NCBI GenBank assembly: GCA_951406725.2
Contig: OX597830.1
Location: 52,266,001-52,330,000 of the forward strand
Source: Octopus vulgaris
Taxonomy: Eukaryota
Reading direction: 5' to 3'
DNA: 64,000 nt
Shown: in pieces, positions 15,431 through 28,870 of the stretch
Numbering within the stretch: the first letter of the stretch is position 1
Layout of the letters: every line of letters starts with the position of its first letter
Position numbers and translations under genes: made by a program
Notes under the pieces: model-generated
Told to the model about the DNA's origin: nothing
What the model saw: only the letters and a program-made list of their open reading frames with translations
Database searches by the model: none

Positions 15431-15482
15431 GTATACGAAGAGACCCAGAGTGGGTCGAAACATGAGTTGTACCTAATAAAGT
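15431..15482 (+). ncRNA. Decayed minimal hammerhead motif followed by AATAAA
   Basis: GUAU acGAAGA GACCC agagu GGGUC GAAAC AUGA GUU GUAC. Stems I and II are intact; two core substitutions. Confidence 0.4.
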
Positions 15483-15526
15483 CTATTACACATTCCATCT
15501 ATTTTATTGATACTGTTACCCCAACA

Positions 15527-15757
15527 GCCCCTACGAAGTTCCTGCAATAAATCTACGGATAACAACAGGTAATCGAAACTGTGCCGGTGCTTTACTCATC
15601 ATCTATCGAAACAATTGTTGTGATTGGTAGTATATTCTCGTATATTCCATCTTCTGTCTTTCATTTGTTATTTACCTAACGATCACCCTGAAACTGACCG
15701 TGCTTTACCAGTAAGCTACCAGGTGTAAACCATTCGTTTTATTATTTATTATCCATT
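15527..15757 (+). repeat. Right arm of the 231-bp inverted repeat pair
   Basis: See 12975-13205. Contains GAAACAATTGTTGTG, resembling the 3' half of a PLE hammerhead. Confidence 0.92.
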
Positions 15758-16489
15758 ATATGTGTGCGCGTGTGTGTGTGTGTGTATGCATGTATATCTT
15801 CGTTATATGATCATAAATAAGGAGAAGAGCATACCCTATAAAATATAGAGCAGTTATTTATTTATGTATGTATAAACTAACAGTTTTAGAAAAACCATTA
15901 GTTTCATATCTAGCGTGAAATAGACATATCTTCAGGTTCTCTAAACGATAACTATTCTCTGCAAATAAAGTTTTATTTTAAAAACACAAGAATGCCGGCA
16001 TTAGCTCAAGAAATATTCCTCTTAAAAAATTATGGTCGGGCGAGTTTTCCTTCGCTTGATAGCTAGATTTTCCAATTTTGAAGTTAAAATTTACGAAAAT
16101 GTGGACATCTCCCCACGGCTTCCGTCCTGGAGTTCAGGCATCCTCATGGCTCATGTGAGTCCATAAGGATTATATATTTTTTCTGCTATACACAATTTAC
16201 AGTCTAGTTCCATTGCGATAGGGACCACAAAGTTCTAGTAATTTCCACCTGATGTTAAAGGGAGTATGATCGTCCTCTAGGTGCCATACGTATGCTGCGA
16301 GTGTTGTTGTGTTGCATCTCTCCGGGACCCTGAAAGAAGATCTGTGGTTGTTCAGGCAAATTTTTAATTTGGATACACAAGACCCGACAGAAAATTTAGT
16401 GTGTGTCTCTGTGTTACTGATATATGTGCTACATATGTTACTGATATATGTGCTACATATGTTATATATATATATTAATATATTGAGAA

Positions 16490-16640
16490 TTTACAAAAAA
16501 AAAAAAAAACGAAGACGGGTGTGTAAACAACAAGCAGATGTATTAGTTTAAAGCTCGGGAAGTGAGAAATCCTTTTAGGTTTCGAGCCTACGCTCTTCAA
16601 CAGAAAGGAATATAGAAACAAGCAGGGAGAGAAAATAAAA
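16490..16640 (-). mobile_element. PLE-like terminal repeat (family F) with variant hammerhead at 16570-16609
   Basis: Minus strand UCCUUU CUGUUGA A GAGC GUAG GCUC GAAA CC UA AAAGGA: 6-bp stem I and 4-bp stem II. Confidence 0.6.
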
Positions 16641-16829
16641 ATGGTTTAGTGGCTAGCAAGCTATCATGACCTTCGCTGGACAGAGGGGTCACACAGGAGA
16701 GCTAGGAAGAAGGAGAGATAATAAAGTAGTGGTCATCTCGCAACGAAGGTGCATGTGTGTGAGAGCATATAGGTGCGTACGGAAAGGAGGCTGGTGATCT
16801 TGACGTGTGCGTGTGTGTATGTGTAGGTG

Positions 16830-17280
16830 TGCGGATGATGGTGTGGGTGCTGGAAAGTGGTCAGTGCTAGTGTGTGCAGGGTGGTGTGGTGTGGTAGTGT
16901 GTGGTGTGGTGGTGTGTTGTGGCGGCGTGTGGTGTGGTGATTTTGTGGTGTGGGGGAGGCGAGAGTGTGAGAAGCAAGGGTGGGGTGAAAGAGATGGGGT
17001 GGGGTGTAAGAGATGGGTGGGGTGTAAGAGATTGGGTGGGGTGTAAGAGATGGGGTGGGTTGGGATGGGATGTATAGGGATGATGGGTTGGAATGTGTAG
17101 GAGTGGGGTAACAAAGGAGGGGTGACGATGAAGAGAGAGGGTGGAAGGAAGAAGGTGTGTAGGAGTGAAGAGGAGAAGTAGGTGTCAGAGCAAGAGCGGA
17201 GAAGTAGGTGGGAGGAAGTAGGTGTGAGAAGAAGAGAGGAGAGAGGAGGATGGTTAAATGAAGAGGGGAGGAGAGTTGAG
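16830..17280 (+). repeat. G/purine-rich low-complexity tract with a GGGTGGGGTGTAAGAGAT repeat (G-quadruplex potential)
   Basis: Dense G3-G4 runs at 16978-17090. Confidence 0.6.
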
Positions 17281-17305
17281 CCCATGTAGTGAAAAGGATA
17301 CATAT

Positions 17306-17347
<42 letters not shown>

Positions 17348-18769
17348 GTACATACATATGCACCAGTATATGTGTGGGTAAGTGAGTGTGCGTGAGTGCG
17401 TGTGCCTCTAATTTATGTGCTTGTGCGCGTTGTGAGTAGCGCATGTATATGTGCGGAAACAAGATTATATGTGTGTACATATGTATGTACATACGGATCT
17501 CCGTGCGCATGCGCGATGTGTGCTCACGTGTATATTTATGTGCGAGTATTTGTGTGAATATGTATGTCTATATATGATAAACATATGAGTATTTAGATAT
17601 TCCAGTGTATGTGTATGTATGTATGTTTGTGCATGTTTGTGTGTGTCTATACTCAAGTACTATTCCGATGTGTTGACCTTTACACCAAGCATATCCGTTT
17701 CGCCTTCAGGAAGATTACGCTAGGTAGAGCTCCTTACAATCCCATTCATTAAATGTATTGCCTTGTGTTTACTCCAGAAAGGTCAACACAATTGACTGTA
17801 GTAATAGTACGCAGTTCAGTAGGTAGTTGCACCTATTTTAGTAAGAAACTTTGGTGGTGATTCCTCTTGTATTCCCCAGATGCAAGCGGGTAATGTTTCA
17901 TGTACGTAATGAATATTAATCTCGATTCACTGAAATTAACTATGAAATTAATAAAGAAAAATCTCTCTCTGGGACTATTTTAAACTCTGCGTCCATACAA
18001 CAAGGAATTAAGTAGGGAAATTCTGAAAAGTAAACGACGAAATTTATAGAACAATAATCAAGTGATAAAATATGCTTTCCTGTAAAGGTCTAATAAGATT
18101 AAAAGTTGCTTGTTCGTTTCTCTGATTAACTCTACTGGCAAGAACCATACCACTGTGCAACGCCTTTATTTAAAGTTTTCTTGCTGTAATCTACTTTGAT
18201 ACTTGCTTTTGCATTTTATAAATGACCCAAGAGGGAAATCTTATCTATCCATTGCAATGTTAAAAGTTTTGAAAAATACATTGTGTGTCATTATACGCTG
18301 AAGAATATATAGCATGCCATTAATGAAAATAAAAGATAAACGAAAAACAGGACGTCAAAACGAAATACAAAAAGGGAAAATAAACAGCCTTTCCATGAAC
18401 TGACTCGACACTTGCAATATATCCATAAATTTTCTAACCACCACAAATGTATAATTAATGGATTAGTTAGTAATATTCGACTGGGATCTCTTAATTTTCT
18501 GGAAATAAGTAGATATTCCAGAATAATGCTGGTTATTATAATGAAGCATTTAGAAGTAATGGTTTTACACGATGTTTTATATAAATAAAAAATAATACAT
18601 ATACAAATCGGAATAATTGAACTTCAAACTGTAGATGTAGAGGGAGATTTAAGAATAATTACAACTTTAACACTAATGGTAACAAGTGCAGTAACCACAA
18701 CAATAGTAATAATACTAACTATAATATTAATAATACTAATAACGATAATAATAGTGTTAACGATAATAT

Positions 18770-18985
18770 TCCTTTTTTACTATAAGCAAAAGGCTTGAAA
18801 TTTCAGGATGCGGAGCTAGCTGATTTCATCGGTTCCAGTACTTGACTAATATTTATTCTGTAGACCCCCATAAAATGAATGGCAAAGTCGACTCCGGCGG
18901 AATTTGAACTCAGCATGTAAAAATCGAGGAAATGCTGTTCAGCATTTTGTCTGGTGCGCTAATGAATCTGCCAGCTCATCGCTTT
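18770..18985 (-). mobile_element. tRNA-derived SINE (family B)
   Basis: GGCAAAGTCGACTCCGGCGGAATTTGAACTCAG...CTGCCAGCTC. Confidence 0.8.
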
Positions 18986-19356
18986 TATAACAGACACGAA
19001 AACTACTGATTCCCACCAAATTTCTGACGCTAATTTCAGATAACTAAATTTCTCTATCGCGTCCAGATTCTGTGTAACCGAAAACCCCTATTTTTCACTT
19101 TTTTTCTCACCCACTTCTATTACGAAACTTGCCTGAGCTACTGCTTTATGCTAAACATACTTAAATACTTTGTGAACAGGGATGTCTTTTCGGTTTTATT
19201 CTGGCTGAAGACAGTTAGTAGAATTCCACTGTCGGAATTACCACCCCTGCACCCAACCATCTACCCAAAGCGCATTAGTATTTTGTTGTTAGTCCGAAAG
19301 GCAATTTTCTGTTCTTAAGTGAAACTTTGATGTTTTCTCTTCCTTTGTTGCTTGAT

Positions 19357-19405
<49 letters not shown>

Positions 19406-21008
19406 CTTCAATTTGTTTTCTCACCGAAAATGGAAATTAGTTCGTTGGTTGAGATCTCACTTTTAGCGCTACAATATTAAATACACCGCCAATTTTAACT
19501 GAGGAATTTCAGCCAGTCCACTGTTTTCTCAAAGATGAAAATATCAACAACACCACCAACATTGTGTTAGACAATATCTAACATAAGTATTCTCTATTGT
19601 GAGAAGAGTGATTTAGTGCTGTTTTCAAGATGGCGTTATGTCTTTCAGATTAAGATGCTATGCAAAACAAACAAAAAATACATACCTACAAGCAACACAC
19701 TCAAAAATCTCTGATGCCACACTTATCCACTCGTGAAAGAATGTAAATTTGTATAATATTAACAAAGCCTTCTATGGAAAACTAATTTTGGTGAACAAAA
19801 AGAAGGCAGTATGAAATATGTTTGCAGAATTTATACAATTGAGAACAGTGGAATATATGCTTAATTCTTTAAACAATGTAATTATCTCCAATTCTTCATC
19901 AATACCTAACGTTTTCCTCCCCACACAAAACATAATTAATTGGTGTCGTAAATATTACATTGTTGTAAGTTTACGATTTTTATTAATTAATGTATTATTT
20001 TTGCTTTGTTTTTGCTTTTATTAGGGGTTTTTTTCTCTTTTTCCAAAAGCAGGCATCACCTGAAATAATAGCAATGGACAAACTTTATTCAAAATAACAT
20101 TTTTAATATTTTTTTAATGGTGATTTAGAATTGGTTTTATCAAACAACGAAATATTTTAATATTTGTAGAACTGTACTTGTTGTTTTTTATATTTATTCT
20201 ATAAACAAAAGCAACAAAAATATCAACAAACAGAGTGTTCTATTCGAGTCGTATATTGTGTAAGAGTTTCAATTCTTCGTTTGCCACAAAAATATTCATA
20301 AATAATCAAGAGACAATCCTATCACTGAAACACTGCAATCAATCATTGCAATCATTATTCTATCATACAGCTTTATTCAGCAGGCAACAGCAATGTTTAA
20401 ATGAAACCGGAGAAATGCTTTTGTTTTTTTGTTTTTTTTTGTTCTTTTGTTTTGCTGCAAATAAAAGCAAAACTCCCGATATTCCGCTTAAGCAATACTT
20501 GTATCTGAGTAGGTGTGTGTGCGTGCTTCCGTGTGTACGTATGTGTGTGTGTGTCTATGTCTGTGTCTGTGTCTGTGCGTGTATCTGTGTGTGCGTACAC
20601 GCGTATGTGCGTATGTCTCGTTAACGAGAAACTGATAGGGACATCTATCGGTTTTCACGAACACTAGCTGTAATCGTAGTGGCAAGAATAAAAGCAGTCA
20701 ATCGAAGGCGTTCATTTCCCTATGATACGTACGTGACACTCTGCCTTATGTGTATTTGCTGTACACAACAAATCGTTGACATATTTCCCAGAAGTCTTAA
20801 CGCGGTAATTCATATTAAGTGTCACTAAGCTCTCCCATATTTCTATGAATTGCGTGTGTGTACGTGTGGTACGTAACGGCGGGGACTTAATTTATATACG
20901 TATATCTACGATGTCTATGCATGCATATTAATGTATATATTTGTGTGTTCATGCATATGTTTATATTTATGTAAGTGTATGCACTTGTATATACAAATAT
21001 ATATGTTT

Positions 21009-21143
<135 letters not shown>

Positions 21144-21276
21144 GGTCCCGGGTTGAGTCGGGGTTAACCACAGTAAATAAGGTACTCAATACATAGCAGA
21201 GTAAATTAATTTATTTTATAGAAGGAGCTTCTACAGGACTAGAAGTGTTTCATTCAAATGAAATCATCAGCTCCTT

Positions 21277-21315
<39 letters not shown>

Positions 21316-22481
21316 ATATATTTCTATATATATATACATAGGTACATATGTGTGTATATATGTGTATGTAACATATCAATGTGTCTATATATTGTATAAT
21401 GTATACATGCATATGCTTACATGAGTGCATATATATATATGTATGTAAATGAATGCATATGTGTGCGTATGGATGTGTGTGTGTGTGTATGTGTATGTGT
21501 GCGTGTGTGCCGTTAACTCTAAATTCGTGTATAAGCTGCGTAGTTATATACCTTCCTTTTGTATTTTTTTCTTTTTTTACAGTTTGTTGTGTTTCGGAAG
21601 AATGTGATTTTATATTTGAATCCGCTCAATTCTGCTGCTGCATTATAGGAAGATGCTGCATTATTGAGACTTTCCATATGAGACGAAAGACTGGATTCAC
21701 GTCGACTGATTTTATTTATTAGGTTTATAGACACTACAGGTGGGTAGGAATATACTTCTGTTTCTAAGCTTGTTTATCTTTAGGTTTTCGCTAAGTTTTG
21801 TCTGTATCCATGTGTCGCAATTCTTGTGTGTGTATGTATGTATTTATACATGTGAGCAAATTCGAATTAATACTCCAACTTGAAATCTGTAGTATTTCTA
21901 ATCGCTTGATATTTTCCTTTTGTCTGTGCTTTTTCCGTTGTTTGTTGTTAATTTAGCTTCTCCAAAGATATAGAGTGTGATATACTTATCATTGTACAAT
22001 TTGGTATATGGATGCGTTCCTCTGTGACATTTTATTTCTATTTTTCCAAATGCCAGTGAAGACACGAATTTCTAAAAGCCAAAATCAGACACTAGTCATT
22101 TTACTGTGGCGGTCCGAGTATCGCACACATCTGCGCCATATAATACCAACATTTCTGTTATTTCCTCGTCCCTGAAGAGGCACAGAAATTAGGCTCACAA
22201 CTCACCGATTGGTCACAATGTTGAGTCATCTCCTAAAATGCAGGCGAAGATTTAAAAATAAAGTCTCGGTCTTGGCACGAAAGTGTATCGCTTCGACGAT
22301 AAGGTGATATATGTAACTGAGATATTACGGCTATAATTTAACGCAAAATATGTGCTTGAGTGTTTACACACTTGAGCATGTATATATGCGTGGAAAGATA
22401 ATTACCGTGTGTAGAGAGTGCATATCTGTTCGCGTGTTTTTGTGTACAAAAGTGATGCATGTACCTAAGTACATAATTTAT

Positions 22482-22527
<46 letters not shown>

Positions 22528-22553
22528 CATACATACATACATACATACATACA

Positions 22554-22589
<36 letters not shown>

Positions 22590-22597
22590 TATATCCT

Positions 22598-22790
22598 TTT
22601 ATTTGTTCCAGTCATTTGACTGCGGGCATGCTTGAGCACCGCCTTTAATCGAACAAATTGACCCCAATGCTTAATCTTTGTAAGCCTAGTACTTATTTTA
22701 TCTGTACTTTTGCCGAACCGCTAAGTTACAGGGACCTAAACGCACCAACATCGGTTGTCAAGTGGTAGTGGGGGAACAAACACATACACA
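22598..22790 (-). mobile_element. SINE 3' half (family A tail)
   Basis: CAGTCATTTGACTGCGGGCATGCTTGAGCACCGCC...GCCGAACCGCTAAG matches 58250-58430. Confidence 0.8.
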
Positions 22791-22793
22791 CAA

Positions 22794-22927
<134 letters not shown>

Positions 22928-23339
22928 ACTATCTTTTCTCATTTGAAAAAATGTTTCTCCCGGCGTTTAGTATTTCCTCTCGCTCTGACCTAAAGACTCT
23001 CCATGTTCGTTTTCGTTCGGTTTCCTTGTTTATCTCCACTTTCCTGTTTTAGTTCCCAACTTTGCCCCTCCATAACTCCTAAATTTTATCTTAGAATTTA
23101 TGGGAGCAAATGTCTTTGAAGACTCATATTGTCGTTGAATGCTCGAAATGAGGAGTAGTTAGGCAGCAGACAACTGATGAAGGGTCCTTTCTCTGTGTTA
23201 GCTCGTCCTGTTTTCCATTTTTTTCTCGTTGCTCACGTAGTTCACTCGTGTTTTTCCCTTGTCTGTTTACGTATTTCATGTTATTTGCACTGTTGGTGAT
23301 GTCCTGTACCCATATATGCATGTATATATGAGTGTATAT

Positions 23340-23585
23340 ATATCTGAAGAGATATCCTGGAAACAGCTGTGAGACCTATTTATAAATGTTCTAAAATCTT
23401 CACAGCCTTGGGTTTTTTTATCTCATTCTGAAAACAAAACTATATATACACATGCTGATAGATGACCAAAGTTGGACTCCTTATTCGCATAATCACCGAA
23501 CCTAGAGCTTAACTATGGTCTGTCCTTAGCACTTACTCACCATTACCTGACTCCTTTGGGTCTTATTTACACCATGACCTCATAA

Positions 23586-23590
<5 letters not shown>
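23340..23590 (+). mobile_element. Penelope-like 3' end (family E): hammerhead-like pLTR plus ~140-bp tail ending in (TA)n
   Basis: CTGAAGA...GGAAACAGCTGTGAGACC. The tail TTGGACTCCTTATTCG...GAGCTTAACTATG matches the reverse complement of 54628-54760. Confidence 0.6.
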
Positions 23591-23652
<62 letters not shown>

Positions 23653-23965
23653 CAAGGTTAAATAGAAAGAGTATAAAATCGGCAAGAGGGTTACTAATAA
23701 TAATATTACTGTTAACACTAACTTAATCCCCTACAATGAGAATAATATTAATGGTGATGCAGGAATTAGAAATAACAGTACTAACAAATCTAATATGTAC
23801 AATATAAACTGTAACTCTGAGGTTTATACAAGCATAGAGATTACTGACTCAATGCCTGTTGATGCTGGGATGAATTTGAATGATACTAAATTTGAAGGAA
23901 GTATAAATAATAACAAATAAAAATAACACAAAATGGCAGTAGTAGGAATAATAATAATAATAATA

Positions 23966-24101
<136 letters not shown>

Positions 24102-24207
24102 CTCTTGGCTGCCATTGTAGAGTTAAATCCCACTGTCCGTTATTAGGCCGATGTCTAATCCAAAACAATTTATAAATGTACAATCATAACTGAGTCTGGT
24201 AACTTTA

Positions 24208-25018
24208 TCTCTATTTATAAAACTGAAATGCGAAAAGTTTGTTTGTTTGTCTGCTTTTGGCATTGAGAACGGGTTAAAGGCCACTAGATCCCGTCGGATT
24301 GACTCCAAAATTTACAGGGACATGTAAAATGGGGTGAGGATGCCTGTGGGCTAGGTTAGAAATCCCCATCTTAAAAGGTGTCGTTGCTAGGGCAAAAAAC
24401 ACACTTTGATAAGTCGACTCTCATTCTTTTATGTATCTGGTTTCCTCCGTCACTCATTCTCTTTCCTCCCTTCCCATCACTTTCTATATATAACGTCGCC
24501 TAACAGCGTCTAACTCCCCTTCACTTTCTCTTTATAACCTCCTCAAACGGCGTTCTATATCTCACTCTCCTCCCCGCCTTCGACAGCGCTTTCACACACA
24601 CTCTCTCTCTCTCTCTACGTCTGTCTGCATTCATAGACAGAATTATCATCGCCACAACCACCACACAATCATGAGAACAAATATTATGAATCAGATATTT
24701 ATTGGGTTAATTTATATATATGTGTGTGTGCGTGTGTGTGTGTGTGTGTTCTATATATAAATATGTATATATACAAAGTGTATATATCTGTATTTATGTA
24801 TATTAAACTTTTTAATACTTTTTGATAGTTAATTAATTTAAATTTTTCAGTTTTATATTTTATATATTTTGTATAGTATATTTTTATTTTTATGTTTTGG
24901 TTTATGTTTTTCACTGTTTGATTTGCCTATAAGTGGTTTATCTCTAATTTAATTTATACATATATATATATAATTTGTATACATTTGTATATATAATGCG
25001 TGCACACACACACACACG

Positions 25019-25056
<38 letters not shown>

Positions 25057-26249
25057 ATGTGTGCATTATGTGGTCGGTTGAGCTGAAAATATGCACACCT
25101 ATGTTAAAAGTGCTGGCAAGTTTGCATGATAACTGTTTTTTTCCTCAAATGAAAGGCGTGACCTCTAGGACAAAATTTCTCATCTTATAAAATATGGCCC
25201 CAGTAGACCCGAATGAAATCGGGTTATATTAACCAAAATGTGAAAAGGGGTCTAAATGGGGCTGGAAGGGGATTAAAATCTAAAGGAGCGGGTGTTTAGG
25301 AATTCTCTGTTACATCAAGCTAAAAAATTTGCGCCAGCCTTTGAATCGTCAATGTGTTGCCGTCCATGATGAAGAAGTTTTCAATGCTTGCCATGGTGAG
25401 TCTACTGTCGTGAGAAAGAATCACTTCAAAACTTGGTGTTTAGGAATTTTCTTTTAAATCAAGTTCAAAATTTTACGCCAGCCGTTAAACTGTCAATACG
25501 TTGCTGTCCGTCGTTAAGAAATGCCAGCCATGGTGACTCTACTATCCTCAGATTCTATCCCTTCAAACTTTGGTTTCCAATATTTTTTTTTTTTATTATT
25601 CAGCTCGCAATTTCGTCTGTCCCTTTTAAATGTTAGTGTTTTGCTGTCTGCCGTGAAGCAGACCTTTCCGTTGTCACTGCCTGATATTTATGATTGATCT
25701 TTCTAAATATTTTATTTCTCAACTTACTCAAGATCTTTTGTTGTTTATAAATGGGAGAGAGATAGATAAAGATAGAGAGTAAGAAAAAGCGAGGGAGAGT
25801 CCGAGAGAAGAGAAAAGTAAGAGAGTGGGAAAGTGAGAGAGAAAGAAGAGAGAAACAAAGAGGGAAAATCATCATCATTATCATCGTCGTTTAACGTCTG
25901 TTTTCCGTGCTAGCACGGGTTGGACAGTTTAACCGGGGTCTGGGAAGCCAGGAGGCTGCACCAGGCTCCAGTCTGATCTGGCAGTGTTTCTATAGGTGGA
26001 TGCCCTTCCTAACGCCAACCACTCTGTGAGTGTAGTGGGTGCTTTTTTTTGTGCCGCCGGCACAGGTGCCAGGGGGCTGGCAGCGGCAACGATCGGTTGG
26101 TGCTTTTTACGTGCCACCGGCATAGAAGCCAGTCAAGGCAGCGCTGCAATCGGCCACGTTCGGATGGTGCTTTTTACGTGCTGAAAAGAAACAACAGAAA
26201 GTAACAAGCACACTCTTACCCGCGCGTAGAGCGAGTCACCTTAAGCTAG
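24208..26249 (+). mobile_element. Non-autonomous Helitron-like sequence, possibly two nested or truncated copies, containing a SINE
   Basis: A|TC start then TATTTATAAAA..GTTTGTTTGTTTGT. 3' hairpin ACCCGC...GCGAGT then CTAG|T at 26246-26250. Confidence 0.5.
25870..26182 (-). mobile_element. SINE-like repeat with (GAT)n 3' tail (RTE-type tail, inferred)
   Basis: Minus strand GGTTGGCGTTAGGAAGGGCATCC ... CCGTGCTAGCACGGAAAACAGACGTTAAACGACGATGAT. Confidence 0.6.
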
Positions 26250-26271
26250 TATATATGTATATATATATATA

Positions 26272-26334
26272 TGATTTTGATTTTTGATTTTTTCCAGTTT
26301 CAGCTAATGAGCTGTGGCCATGCTGGGGCACCGA
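26272..26334 (-). mobile_element. Tail-only, extremely 5'-truncated LINE/SINE insertion in (TA)n
   Basis: Minus strand CGGTGCCCCAGCATGGCCACAGCTCATTAGCTGAAACTGG followed by AAAATC repeats. Confidence 0.65.
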
Positions 26335-26499
26335 TATATATATATAGGATGTTCGATAAATATGAAAAAGCGTATCACTAACCTTCTTTCATCTTATAGA
26401 CTCAAACATAAAACCAATTGTACGTCCTTATCTAGCAAGATTTGAGAATTGAAAGAAAGCGGGAACGAATTTAGCCTGAATTTAGCCTGAATTTAGCCT

Positions 26500-28400
26500 G
26501 AATTTAGCCTTACAGAGATAGTCGATACGGGTTTGAGAAGTGCTCTATGGAAACTTATGAGATTTTTAAGTATAGGGACTAGAACAAACTGATTAATAGT
26601 AGATTAGACATAAAAGTATTATGCGTACATAGCGTCACCCGTACATTTAAGTATTTTCGAAATTAGTGATTATAGGTGCCATACTTGAACTTTGATGATG
26701 GAAATTAGTTTTGGCGTCGTATCCGTTGTAAACTTACCCTCTAGTATTAGATATAATAAAATCATGAGATATTGAGTTATAGGGTGAATTAAATTGCATT
26801 GCATATGTTATAAGCTATATGTTATGGTATGTGGTGTGCTATATGTAATTACTAACCCATGATAAAGCATGTCTAATTAGTCTGACTTCATCATGCTTTT
26901 GGTGATTAAACTATTTTTCTCCTTTCTATGATGTTCTACCCTACTGATCATATTATGTATATTTGTACTGGCTTTTATGTAAGTAAGTCTCCTAATTATA
27001 TACCTCCTAGAAACTATAAAATCATGTGTAATAACACCTGTAACAGTGCAACTTATAAAATCTCTTCGGTCTGAATACCTCTAACTGCCCTCACTACGCC
27101 CATACCTACTACCTCCTGTTTTCGGGTTACCTTTATCTCTTCCCTACCTCAAATTTTAATACTCTGTTTCTTTAAATGTAGGTTATATAAATTTCTTGTC
27201 TTTTTCTATATATTCTAATTATTTTCCTTTCTTACTTTGACATCCTTACCATCTAACCTCTTAACCTTATAAGTTGTTGCTGTTCTTAAATAGAGATTTT
27301 TCAGCTACTTATGTCTATGCGAGATGGTTATACTATATCCATATAACCGTATAAATATATATATTTATATATGCATATATGTGCATTAACCTCTTATCCC
27401 TTATAAATTGTTGTCTTTCTTGTTCGTAAAGAGATACTTTTCAGTTACTTAAGTCTTTGCGAGATGCTTATACTATATCCATATAAACGTATAAATATTT
27501 ATGTATGTGTGCATGTGTGCATAGAGATACATATGTGTATGTATCTGTACACATCTTTATTTTTTCTGATTCTTGGCTTATACTTAATATATAGACAGTA
27601 TGTTTATCTTTCCAGTATTCCATAAGTAAATGCCCAGATCAGTCTTTATAGAAACTACCTAATAAATAAATAATTAAGTACATAAATGAATATTAAACTG
27701 ATTCTATGTAATCTTTCCTTTTTAATGTTGGAAATTGATATATACATACATTTTACCTATTTTGGTTGTGATATCATTTTTGATAATCTTAAATTTATAC
27801 AACATAACAATATTGTCTATAAACAATCACCCATAGCACGCCATGATACAATTTCCTCTGTGTTAACATCACAGGTTTTATTAGCGTCTTGCTCCTTTGG
27901 CTGGTGATTAAATTCATGATTTAGGGTCTTCCCCTACCCAGCCGCCTTTATAGACAATTACTTTATACCCAAGTTACAACTCCTAATATATTGACAATAT
28001 TTATGACTATACCTAGCCATGAGCTGTCAATTCACTCTTTCCCTTCCTTCCAAAGAGACACAGTCCTCTAGTCTTGGATTTAGCAGTTGATAAAAAGACA
28101 AATGAATTAGAAATGAACCACACTCCTTTATAAGCTATGACCCCAGTGAACTTCATGCCATTCTTGGAAGTGTTGTCTATTCTTAGCTACAATAGCGACA
28201 ACATGGATTTCTTCCATCTTCTTGCTTTGTTGAAGTATTTAAGTAGAATTATATTAATGTGTCCAACTCATTAAAATTCAAATTATTTGTGCAGCTGATG
28301 ATAAACCTGCATTTAAATTGATGTAATGATTGCATTTTTCAATTAAATAGACCCACTTGAAACGGTCGTACTGCATTACTTCTTGATATCCTAGTGCTTA
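26500..28400 (-). mobile_element. Possible decayed Penelope-like element body
   Basis: Weak minus-strand remnants: SIKTDLG, and TRG*V*QRIRR resembling the GIY-YIG second motif and R helix. Ends in an oppositely oriented hammerhead; internal ~135-bp duplication at 27250-27500. Confidence 0.3.
28290..28375 (+). ncRNA. Type I hammerhead ribozyme motif with intact core
   Basis: UGCAG CUGAUGA [long stem II: AUUUAAAUUGA/UCAAUUAAAU, UGUAAU/AUUGCA] GAAAC GGUC GUA CUGCA. Confidence 0.6.
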
Positions 28401-28403
28401 TTT

Positions 28404-28454
<51 letters not shown>

Positions 28455-28529
28455 TACATAAATATATGTGTGTGTGTGTCTTTGTATGAATGTATGCATG
28501 TATGTGTGTATGTATGCATGTATATTAAC

Positions 28530-28712
28530 TTTTATCTTTTAGTTGTTTCAGTCAGACTGAGGCCATGGGGCTTCACCACGAAGACTGTTTAGTCGAATGA
28601 GTTGATTCCAGTACTCTATTCTAACAGACTCTTTTACCGAACCACTAATTTACAGGAACTTAAACACACCAACACCTGTTGTCAAGGTGAGGTAAGGAAC
28701 ACAGACCGGAGA
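28530..28712 (-). mobile_element. Diverged SINE 3' half (family A tail)
   Basis: GTTTCAGTCAGACTGAGGCCATG...ACCGAACCACTAA. Confidence 0.65.
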
Positions 28713-28870
28713 CACACACACACACATACATACACACACACATACACGCACAAAACACACACACACTTACACATATACAAATGTGTCCGAACTGCTGGTA
28801 TCTCTCCATACCGTATACCGTATAAATGAAAATGAAATATAAATCTGGGAAATTGTGAAGCATCATACGT

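Noticed and set aside
22167-22298. CTGAAGA...CGAAAG hammerhead candidate
   Set aside because: Stem II cannot be closed and stem I starts with a C-C mismatch; too weak to call.
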